Assembly: GCA_052327205.1 (NCBI GenBank) | Contig: CM126204.1 | Span: forward strand, 349,990,001-350,054,000 | Origin: Somniosus microcephalus | Taxonomy: Eukaryota | Reading direction: 5' to 3' | Length of the DNA stretch: 64,000 nucleotides | In this document: positions 24,691 through 34,997 of the stretch, piece by piece | How the letters are laid out: each line of letters begins with the position of its first letter | Position numbering within the stretch: the first letter of the stretch is position 1 | Translations under genes and position numbers: made by a program | The notes under the pieces: generated by a model | Told to the model about the DNA's origin: nothing | Seen by the model: the letters and a program-made list of their open reading frames with translations, nothing else | The model's database searches: none

Positions 24691-27441
24691 ACATAGAAAC
24701 ATAGAAAAATAGAAACATAGAAACATAGGAGCAGGAGTAGGCCATTCGGTCCTTCGAGCCTGCTCCACCATTCAATATGATCATGGTTGATCCTCTATCT
24801 CAATACCACATTCCCACTCTCTCTCCATACCCCTTGATGCCTTTTGCATCTAGAAATCTATCTATCTCCTTCTTAAATATATTCAGTGACTTGGCCTCCA
24901 CAGCCTTCTGTGGTAGAGGATTCCACAGGTTCACCACTGTCTGAGTAAAAAAAATTCTCCTCATCTCAGTCCTAAATGTCCTACTCCGTATCCTGAGACT
25001 GTGACCCCTCGTTCTAGAGCCCCCAGCCAGGGGACACATCCTCCCTGCATCCAGTCTGTCTAGCCCTGTCAGAATTTTATATGTTTCAATGAGATCCCCT
25101 CTCATTCTTCTAAACACTAGTCAATACAGGCCAAGTCGACCCAATCTCTCCTCATGCGACAGTCCTGCCATCCCAGGAATCAGTCTGGTGAACCTTTGCT
25201 GCACTCCCTCTATGGTAAGTATATCCTTTCTTAGGTAAGGAGACCAAAACTGCACACAGTACTCCAGGTGTGGTCTCACCAAGACCCTGTATAACTGTAG
25301 TAAGACATCCTTGCTCCTGTACTCAAATCACCTTACAATGAAGGCCAACATACCACTTGCCTTCCTAACTGCTTGCTGCATCTGCATGTTTACTTTCAGT
25401 GACTGTTGTACAAGGACACCCAGGTCCCTTTGTACATCAACATTTCCCAATCTATCACCATTTAAATAATACTCTGCCTTTCTGTTTTTTCTACCGAAGT
25501 GGATAACTTCACATTTATCCACATTATACTGCATCTGCCATGTATTTGCCCACTCACTTAACTTGTCTAAATCGCCTTGAAGCCTCTTTGCATCCTCTTC
25601 ACAACTCACAATCCCACCTAGTTTCGTGTCGTCAGCAAACTTGGAAATATTACATTTGGTTCCCTCATCCAAATCATTGATAAATATTGTGAATAGCTGG
25701 GGCCCAAGCACTGATCCCTGCGGTACCCCACTAGTCACCACCTGCCACCCTGAGAAAGACCCATTTATTCCTACTCTCTGTTTCCTGTCTGTTAACCAAT
25801 TTTCAATCCATGCCAGTATATTACCCCCAATCCCATGTGCTTTAATTTTGCACACTAACCTCTTATGTGGGACTTTATCAAAGGCCTTCTGAAAATTCAA
25901 ATACACCACATCCACTGGTTCTCCCTTATCTATTCTCAGTTACATCCTCAAAAAACTCCAGTAGGTTTGTCAAACATAATTTCCTTTTCATAAATCCATG
26001 TTGACTTTGTCTAATCCCGTTGATATTTTCTAAGTGTCCTGTTATCACATCCTTTATAATAGACACTAGCATTTTTCCTACTACTGATGTTAGGCTAACT
26101 GGTCTGTAGTTCCCTGTTTTCTCTCTCCCTCCTTTTTTAAATAGTGGGGTTACATTTGCCACCCTCCAATTTGCAGGAACTGTTCCATAATCTATAGAAT
26201 TTGGGAAGATGACAATCAATGCATCCACTATTTCCATGGCTACCTCTTTTAGTACTCTGGGATGCAGATTATCAGACCCTGGGGATTTATTGGCTTTCAG
26301 TCCCATTAATTTCTCCAGCACTATTTTTTTACTAATACTAATTTCCTTTAATTCCTCCTTCTCACTAGACCCTTGGTTCCCTAGCATTTCTGGGAAGTTA
26401 TTTGTGTCCTCTCCCGTGAAGACAGAACCAAAGTATTTGTTTAATTGCGCTGCCATTTCTCCCGTTTCTGACTGTAAGAGACCTACATTTGTTTTCACTA
26501 ATCTTTTTCTTTTTACATACTTGTAGAAACTTTTACAGTCTGCTTTTATGTTCCTTGCAAGTTTACACTCATACTCTCTTTTTCCCCTCTTAATCAATCT
26601 CTTGGTCCTTTTTTGCTGAACTCTAAACTGTTCCCAATCCTCAGGCTTGCTACTTTTTCTGGCAACTTTATATGATTCCTCTTTGGATCTAATAAGGAAA
26701 CTCTCTTTTAACCGGCACCTAAATTATCCGGAAATCTCTCTTAACCGGCAAAATTCAGGAGTAGGTTCAGGTAAGTTTGACTATATATTAGTGGCCTTGC
26801 AACCGGGGGTTCCTGGATCTGTAGCCGTGTAACCGGGGCTCCTGCACCTGTGGCCGTGCAACAGGGACTCCTGGATCTGTGGCCGTGTAACCGGGACTTC
26901 TACGCACGTGCCGTGTAAATGGGGCTCCTGCACCTGTGGCCGTGTACGGGGCTCTCGTACCTCGGTAAGTATACCTCTCTGTAATCCGGACCTTTTGATC
27001 AACCGGCACCACGCCGGTCCCGTCGGTGCCAGATAAAAAAGAGTTTCTTGTACTATCCTTAATTTCTTTTGTTAGCCATGGTTGGGATCCTTTTCCTTTT
27101 GTGTTTTGGCGCCAGAAAGGAATGTATAACTGTTGCAATTCATGTATTTGTTCCTTAAATGTTAGCCATTGCCTGTCCACCATCATGCCTTTTAATGAAG
27201 CTCCCCAATCTATCATAGCCAACTCCCTCCTCATACCTTCGTAGTTTCCTTTGTTTAGATTTAGGACCCTAGTTTCGGATTGGACGACTTCACTTTCCAT
27301 CTTAATGAAGAATTCTATCATGTTATGGTCACTCTTCCCTAAAGGACCCCGCACAACAAGATTATTAATTAACCCCTTCTCATTGCACAATACCCGATCT
27401 AGGATAGCCTGTTCCCTAGTCGGCTCCTCAACATACTGGTC
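24691..27441 (-). mobile_element. CR1 LINE, ~2.4 kb of ORF2 plus 3' end, containing a MITE insertion
   Basis: ORFs 26788..27390 (LGKSDHNMIEF), 25926..26597 (NYRPVSLTS), 25328..25915 (KFADDTK), 24800..25117; (tagaaaca)n tail at 24691-24728. Confidence 0.95.
26695..27050. mobile_element. Tc1/mariner (pogo/Tigger-like) MITE with internal minisatellite
   Basis: TA duplicated at 26693-26694 and 27051-27052; TIR aggaaactctcttttaaccggcac vs caagaaactcttttttatctggcac; removing it rejoins the CR1 sequence ggatctaata|ctatcc. Confidence 0.88.
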
Positions 27442-27477
27442 TATTCAAATCTCTGAAGTAAGTGTCTTAAAATTCCT

Positions 27478-27612
27478 ATTCAGACGAAGGGTCATCGATC
27501 TGAAACGTTAACTCCGTTTCTCTCTCCACAGATGCTGCCTGACCTGCTGAGTATTTCCAGCATTTTCTGTTTTTATCTGAGATTTCCAGCATCTGCAGTA
27601 TTTTGCTTTTGT
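27478..27612 (+). mobile_element. Penelope-associated short repeat with degenerate hammerhead ribozyme core
   Basis: cagacga-agggtcatcgatct-gaaac, followed by cacagatgctgcctgacctgctgagtatttccagcattttctg, which I recall as a common shark Penelope terminal sequence. Confidence 0.65.
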
Positions 27613-27737
27613 GCTAAAATTTACTGTTAGGTGCTGTGTGGAAAGCAATGCCAATTGATTTGCATTGAATTCTGATAAACAGAACCATAAGAGCCATAAT
27701 ACAAGCAGATTTATGACAATAGTCTGACAGAAAAGTA

Positions 27738-28760
27738 GTTCCAGTTATTTGCAGTCAGCGGCGAAGCAAAGGCGCTCGCTGCTGACCCCGAAGAAAGCTG
27801 CCCACAAAGATCTCGCGAATTCTGTGGCGAGAAGTTTGGCTTTTCCAACGTTCAGTTGAGATCAGTGTAAGTTAATGGGGAATCCCTAACGCGAGCTGCT
27901 GTGATGTCAACAAGCTGTCATAAGCAGCCAATCACAATGCAGAATTCTCACAGACAGCAAACCAGGAAGTGAAGAAGCTCCTTTTATTCTGACTTTTAAA
28001 AAATGTTGTAGAGAGCAAAACAAAGATTGATGCTCTCACATGGGGAAAAGGTAAACCTGAAATAAATATCAACAAACCTTTTTTTAAATATAATTTTTTT
28101 TAACTTAAAAATTTCAATTTTATTAATAAGGGAGAAATTTGAAACTTCGCAAAATTAAAATGAGCTTTTCTGGGTCATAACGTTTGTTTAGCAGTCAATA
28201 CGCTGTTAAAACCCCAGTTACACTTTGACATGAATCTTGTCATTCATGTGGAAATGACTTATGAAATAATACTTGGCAGCCTGCTGGTGGCGCTGTCCAG
28301 GGAGAGTATAAATACTCGGGCACGGGCCCAGCTTGCTCAGGACATTCTTTAACAGGAACTAGTGAAGGACACAACTAGATCTCCATGTTGAAAAACAGTT
28401 GATTAAAGCCTTGTTTAATACTCAGACCAAGTGCCTAGTAGTTTTCTAATGTCACACTTAATCCAACAAGGCCTAACTTTTAATGGGGAAATTAACAGCG
28501 ATGTTACCGCAGAAAAGCCCAAGTATTTGTCAGTTTCACTGATTTCCCTGATTACACTGATTGCCGGCTCTGTTGGGAGGTGGGGGGGAGGGGGGCCACA
28601 GCGCAGCCAGTGTCGGAGCAGTGAATGACTGATCGCAACTTCAGGATTTTCCTGTTAGGATGCGCATGCGCTACATCCTGAAGTTGCGGTCAGTTTCAAA
28701 GGGGTAATGACAGCGAACGCTATTCATTCGCTGTTATTACCCACCGTAAATTCCGGGACC
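27738..28760. mobile_element. Harbinger-type non-autonomous element (~0.8 kb without the LTR)
   Basis: Degenerate TIRs gttccagttatttgcagt and accgtaaattccgggacc; subterminal hairpins cgcaacttcaggat..atcctgaagttgcg and gtaatgacagcgaa..ttcgctgttattac. Confidence 0.65.
28226..28454 (+). mobile_element. Solo LTR copy 4
   Basis: TGACA...TGTCA ends; perfect 5-bp TSD CACTT (28221-28225, 28455-28459); TATAAATA 28307-28314; ATTAAA 28402-28407. Confidence 0.93.
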
Positions 28761-29545
28761 AAAATTACAGATGGGAATGTGTGGCATCTTTTACTCAGAC
28801 TGAATCTGTCTTGTGGTACGAATGTATGTCAGTAACACTGCTTTGATCAGTACGTTTGTGTTATGTTCTATATATCTTTACACTATCTTGGACTATTGAA
28901 CTTGAGAATTATTTCCTTAGTTCTGTGTTATTTTACAGTAGTGATCTAACACAGCCATTACTTTATCTGCTTCAGAACCCCATCTCCCAGTTCATGTGTA
29001 ATGTATCTGGAATTATACTAAACACAGCAATCATTAGCTAATTTAAAAGTGGTTTATGATCATGCACAGTAAGATCACTGACATGCTGTCATTATTTTAA
29101 CATAATCATCCAGCAAAACCACAGAATGGACTCATATGTTTCTTTAATACTTTGCTGCCCAACATAAAATCAGCACATGATGACATGATAGTGCTCTGAG
29201 ATCACTGACCAGCAGGTTTGATGTAAATACTGAAGGTGGTTAGGCGGCTCTGACATCGTAATGACCCTTGTAAGGTTTTTAAAGCTGTATGTTCAAAAAA
29301 AATGTTTTTTTTAATGGCCTTCAATTACTGAGTAACAGTAATGTAAGGGATACTGTATATATGTTAATCTATGGATGTGTACATCACCCATGAGAGCACC
29401 ACTTAGATCACAGGCTGGAGCCTCTAGCTTGGGTTTATGTTTGGGCAGTTCATTTACTGCCTGATTTTGCACTGGATTTACCCGAGTTCTCCCAGTACTG
29501 ATGACAACTCATGTGGGTGGGGGCGGCCAAGTGGAATTATCACCA

Positions 29546-29836
29546 CAGAATCATAGAATAGTACGGCACAGAAGGAGACCATTCGGCCCATCGAGTCTGC
29601 GCCGGCTCTATCGGAGAGCAATCCAGTCAGTCCCACTCCCCCGCTCTTTCCCCAGATCCCTGCAATTCTTTCTCCTTCAAGTATTTACCCAATTCCCTTT
29701 TGAAGGTGACGTTTGACTCTGTATCCACCACCCTATCAGGCAGTGCATTCCAAATCCTAACCACTCGCTGCGTAAAAATGTTTCCCCTCATGTCGACGCT
29801 GGTTCTTTTGCCAATCACCTTAAATCTGTGCCCTCC
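29546..29836 (-). mobile_element. CR1 3' end fragment
   Basis: ORF 29627..29818 IFTQRVVRIWNALP; ccattcggcccatc 3' UTR motif. Confidence 0.88.
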
Positions 29837-30277
29837 ACTTATTGACTTATTATTAAACTATTATTATTATTACCTGTGCCCAATTTTTATCTATTTGGAT
29901 TTAGCACCCATAAAGGGAAACTAAAGCAGTCTTTATTTTTTACGGTGTTGCTGAAATGCATTTTCTGAGCATCTTCTTCTTGTACACAGAGATGGAATTG
30001 TGTCCCCAGCAAGGTGGGCCCCAGTCCGACAAAATCTTTACATGGCATTCAAGGGAAGTCAGTTAGACAATTATTAAAGTTGATTTTTTGCATCTAACTT
30101 CACACTTTACTGCTGGATCAGGTGTTATGCCATCCTTATTCTGACAGTGATATTCTTTATTTGAAATATAAAAGAGGATAATGTATTCAAACGAAGGTCA
30201 TACAGAGGTCAATGGAACAAACCTCAGCAGGCAATGTTTTCCACCAGCAGTCAGCTCTCACTCACAACAGAATCACC

Positions 30278-30397
30278 GGCCAGCCACAGTTAAACCCGCA
30301 AGTGGGCAGGTTGGAGGCGGGTTGGGGTCGGGATTCACATTTTCAACACTTTAACCTCCCGCCCGACCCCAACCCACCCATTTCAAAATTACCCCCT
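30278..30397. mobile_element. GC-rich MITE remnant
   Basis: Inverted repeat gggttggggtcggg / cccgaccccaaccc; ends aaaattaccccc. Confidence 0.5.
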
Positions 30398-30507
30398 TAG
30401 TGTCATTATTGGGAAGTACATTATAATTTATAAAAATTGTAGACTCATGTGACTCAAAAATAATTAAACTGCCAGCGTTCTGTTGTCCAGCACCTTCAAT
30501 AATGACA

Positions 30508-30722
30508 AAAGAAAAGAGAGACTTGCATTTATATAGCACCTTTCACGACCTCAGGACATCTCAAAGCACTTTACAGCCAATGAAGTACCTTTGAAGTGTA
30601 GTCACTGCTGTAATGTAGGAAATGCGGCAGCCAATTTACGCACAGCAAGCTCCCACAAATAGCAATGTGATAACGACCAGATAATCTGTTTTAGTGAGGT
30701 TGTTTGAGGGATAAATATTGGG
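30508..30722 (-). mobile_element. DeuSINE-type SINE 3' half
   Basis: acttgcatttatatagcacctttcacgacctcaggac..gaagtgtagtcactg; homologous to 21770-22068. Confidence 0.75.
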
Positions 30723-30977
30723 CTGGTACTAGCTCTAAAATTCACTTCTGCATTTCTTATTTTTTTTTAAACTTCAAACATGTATAATTGCGATAAAAGT
30801 AAGATTCCTGAGTGTAATCACCAAAGAAAATCACACTATCAAAGTAACATAGGCCCTTGGCATTAATGTTCACTCACTGAACGTAGATTGTTTACGGTTG
30901 CCTACATCCTGGAATTTTTAAGTTTATTACTAAAATATACAAATAAATATAACATACAGGGGTCGATTGGGCTTATT

Positions 30978-31120
30978 TTCAAAAGGGAGTTGGATAAATA
31001 CTTGAAAAGGAAACAATTGGCAGGACTATGGGGAAAGAGCAGGGAAGTGGCACTAATTGGATAATTCAAATAGCCGGCACGATGGGCCGAATGGCCTCCT
31101 TCTGTGCTGTATGCTTCTAT
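30978..31120 (+). mobile_element. CR1 3' tail
   Basis: ttcaaaagggagttggataaatacttg..gatgggccgaatggcctccttctgtgctgta. Confidence 0.85.
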
Positions 31121-31262
31121 ATGGGAAATTGGGAGATTTCCAGAGAGCCCCTGTCAATGGTTCCATAACGCCATATTATTGGGGCCACCCTTTCTTTGTG
31201 AAAATCACTAAGAATCCAGTGCCCTTTTGGGGAACCAGTGTGTCCCCTTTGATAATATAATA

Positions 31263-31565
31263 TAAGATAAGAAAGAGGAGCAGGAGTAGGCCATTCGGCC
31301 CCTCGAGCCTGCTCCGCCATGCAATAAGATTGTGGCTGATCTGATCTTGGCCTCCACTCCACTTTTCCGCCTGTTCCCCATAACCCTCGACTCCCCTGTA
31401 GTTCAAATATCTGTCTATCTCCGCCTTGAATATATTCACTGACTCGGCCTCCACAGCTCTCTGGGGTAGAGAATTCCAAAGATTCACGACCCTCTGAGCG
31501 AAGAAATCATCCCCATCTTAAATGAGCGACCCCTTATTCTGAAACTGTGCCCCCTAGTTCTAGAT
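31263..31565 (-). mobile_element. CR1 3' end fragment
   Basis: NLWNSLPQRAVEAES; ggagcaggagtaggccattcggcccctcgagcctgctcc as in the copies at 19930 and 24725. Confidence 0.9.
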
Positions 31566-31637
31566 TATATATATTTCAGAACAGTTGTTGGCCTTTTCTG
31601 TTCAGAGGTAAACGACAGGCCTGTAATATCTGATTTT

Positions 31638-32118
31638 GGGTCTTGGTGGAGCAGTGGATTACAAAAATGTCTTTTTACTGCTGGATTCTGAGTTCAAATC
31701 CAGCCTAGACTGAGCTAAGGCAGCTTCCCAGCTCTGTCAGTTTGTATCTGTCTATAGGAAACTTAATTAAAATGAATTTAATCTTAGCTTCAATCAAGGT
31801 CTCACTAGATGCAAGCCAAAAAATAGCTAAAAAAAACCTGACACTAACAACTCTTGACACTAACAACTCGCGCTTATTCAGAGGCCAGAGAGATGCATTG
31901 CCCTTCTTCAGCATTTGTGATTTTATTCTTACCTCTATACCAGGCCATAGGGAAGGCTGATCAAATGGAAATATACTGTTGCAAGAGAAGCAAGTAGTCT
32001 TCTGAGGTTGGGGTTAAGGCACCTTGTATTTAACCCATGCTGAACCTGACCTGGGAGTGCTTAATGTCAACACTGAGTGCAAAAAGTGCAAAATGTTCCA
32101 TTTCTCAGCGTGGATATC
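31638..32118 (+). mobile_element. Old tRNA-derived SINE, possibly LF-SINE-related
   Basis: A-box-like tggagcagtgg and B-box gagttcaaatcc followed by agcc; downstream ggggttaaggcac and cccatgctgaacctg resemble my recollection of LF-SINE segments. Confidence 0.45.
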
Positions 32119-33576
32119 AACACGTTCTCTCGCACACATCGCTCTCACACACATACAATTCCACAGATTTTAGACATACGTATTTATTTTGAAACCGCCA
32201 TGTGGAAATTGCACCTTTTCTTAATTCGAATCAAATTGGGAGGAAACTGCAACCTAATAGTTAGTAGATGTGGATCTAATCATACTTAATCTGGTTTGAT
32301 TTGGACCATGAGCCAGGTAAATAGATATTTCAAAATGAAGTTAATAAATAGCATAAAAAGCAACAGCATCACAATACAGTGAAACTACTTCCATTATGTT
32401 AATAGTCTTGATATCTAACACTGCTCATGAATTGACCTGAAATATGACACTGCTTTACATGGAAACTTCATTCGATCACTGATTTATTAGTGGAAGTGAT
32501 AGTTGAAGAAATCAAGATAATTTGGAATCATCATGATCCAAATTCAGTTTGCATAAGTAGGCTATTGCGTGTTGAGTGTCAAAATTGAATTGAATTGTAA
32601 ATTTATTAGAAGACCTTAAGACATAGGTGCAGACCATGATGAAAGTATACATAATATTGATTACAGACAAGATTATGTCTACAATCCAGGCTTTCAGCAA
32701 GTTATCTTTTTTGTCAAAAGATTAGCTGTTTGAAATTTTTACCCTTGTTAAATTTAAAGACTTAACAAAACTAAATGCATGGACTGAATTTATGACAGCA
32801 GACAGGAAATGATTTGGATTTCTATACACTTCATGGAGGGTTCCACTCAGCCAGCTATTCAGTTATGTGAAGTCTATTGTACTTGTACTCTATTAGCCCC
32901 CAGACTAATGAGGCATTTGCAGCCCCTTTGTACCCAGTGACAACAACCTTTGACCTGTCTTAGCTGTCATGGGAATTTCGATTCACCGTACGAGTTTGGA
33001 CGTAACATGGAGAGATTTTTGTGCTAGATGTTGTTTCCCTGGAGTCCACCTAACATTTTCCGCTTTTCGTGTAGAAGTGCACTTCTGTGGCGGCCCTTAC
33101 TGAACTGATGGACATAAGAGGGCTGCTCACAGTCCTTGTTAAATGGAGTTATCTCTAAGGTCTTACCACAGATATGTTCTAGTAAGATGTGTTCACTCCC
33201 ACCCTGCCCCCACCCCACTCCCACATTTCCAAACGGTGTTCAGAAAAGTACTTCACTTTTATTATCAGGTTAACTTGCTCTAAATATATGTTAAATATGC
33301 AACTCTTTAAAATTCCAGTACTATTTGATTTATTTTAAGAATCTGAGATGATGCTGGACTTTAATGTTAATTCTTATCAATGACTTTAGGCAATACCTTA
33401 TAAATCTCAAGTGTAGATCTTATGTAAGTCATTTTATCAGAATTTTTCTATATTACAATGTATATGAATAAATACAAAAACAATGTTACAGGATCGTGCG
33501 GTTTCATTTTATTTGCTACTGTGCAGAGGAGTTAGTACTGAAATATATACAGTAAACAGTCAACCCCTCTTCAGAC

Positions 33577-33775
33577 TACATAGAATTACATAGAATGTAC
33601 AGCACAGAAACAGGCCATTCGGCCCAACTGGTCTGTGCCAGTGTTTATGCGCCACACAAGCCTCCTCCCACCCTAATTCATCTAACCCCCATCGGCATAA
33701 CCAACTATTCCTTTCTCCCTCGTGTGTTTATCTAGCTTCCCCTTAAATGCATCTATGCTATTTGCCTCAACCACT
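33577..33775 (-). mobile_element. CR1 3' tail
   Basis: acatagaat repeats, then acagcacagaaacaggccattcggccc. Confidence 0.8.
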
Positions 33776-33940
33776 CCGAGTTGAATTTCTTAATAGAAAA
33801 GTAATTCTTGATTAACATTGCTCTTTATTTGGTACTCACTGGCCATTTGATCGACAACTTTGTAAAACGTGAAATGTTGTTCTTTAGACTTGTATTTTTG
33901 AATAACCTGCAAACTTGTCAGAGTTTTTAATTATTATTTT

Positions 33941-34068
33941 ATAGAATCATAAAATCATACAGCACAGAAGGAGGCCATTGGGCCTATCGTGTCTTTGAAA
34001 GAGCTATCCAATTAGTCCCACTCTCCTGCTAGTTCCCCATAGCCCTGCAAATTTCTCCTTTTCATGTA
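33941..34068 (-). mobile_element. CR1 3' tail
   Basis: atagaatcataaaatcatacagcacagaaggaggccatt. Confidence 0.75.
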
Positions 34069-34139
34069 TATTTTATTAAATTGTTTCCAGTTAAGTTACA
34101 GGAATTGCTAACATGCAATGCAGCTCACATGTACTTCCG

Positions 34140-34997
34140 GTACTGGATGAACAGAAATTTCCTCCAATTAAATACTGGGAAGACCGAAGCCATTGTCTTC
34201 GGTCCCTGCCACAAACTCCGTTTCCTAGCCACCGACTCCAGCCCTTTCCCCGGCAACTCTCTGAGGCTGAACCAGACTGTTTGCAACCTTGGTGTCAAAT
34301 TTGACCCCGAAATGAGCTTCTGACCACATATCCGCGCTGCCATTAAGACTGCCTATTTCCATCTCCATAACATCATCCAACTTCACCCCAGCCTCAGCTC
34401 ATCTGCTGCTGAAACCCTCATCCATGCCCTTGTTACCTCTAGACTTGACTATTCCAACGCACTCCTGGCTGGCCTCCCACATTCTACCCTACGTAAACTT
34501 GAGGTCATCCAAAACTCTGCTGCCCGTGTCCTAACTCGCACCAAGTCCTGTTCACCCATCACCCCTGTGCTCGCTGACTTATGTTGGCTCCTGGTTAAGC
34601 AACGCCTTGATTTAAAAATTCTTATCTTTGTTTTCAAATCCCTCCATGGCCTTGCCCCTCCCTATCTCTGTAATTTCCTCCAGAGCCCTACAACCCCCCA
34701 CGATATCTGCACTTCTCTAATTCTGCCCTCTTGAGCATCCCTGATTATAATCGCTCAACCATTGGCGACCGTGCATTCAGCTGGCTAGGCCCTAAGCTCT
34801 GGAATTCCCTCCCTAAACCTCTTCACCTCTCTACCTCTCTTTCCTCCTTTAAGACGCTCCTTAAAACCTACCTCTTTGACCAAGCTTTTGATCATCTGCC
34901 TTATGTGGCTCGGTGTCAAATTTTGTTTCATAACGCTCCTGTGAAGCGCCTTGGGATGTTTTACTATGTTAAAGGCGCTATATAAATGCAAGTTGTC
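34140..34997 (+). mobile_element. L2 LINE 3' end
   Basis: WMNRNFLQLNTGKTE, LGVKFDPEMSF, ETLIHALVTSRLDYSN, GDRAFSWLGPKLWNSLP, FKTLLKTYLF; ends aaaggcgctatataaatgcaagttg. Confidence 0.93.

Noticed and set aside
26793-26965. 29-bp repeats as a CRISPR-like array
   Set aside because: Units are contiguous with no unique spacers, lie inside a TA-flanked MITE, and there are no cas genes in this eukaryotic DNA
21520-28454. LTR copies 3 and 4 as ends of a 6.9-kb LTR retrotransposon
   Set aside because: Each has its own TSD, and the interior is LINE/SINE/MITE sequence with no gag, protease or integrase
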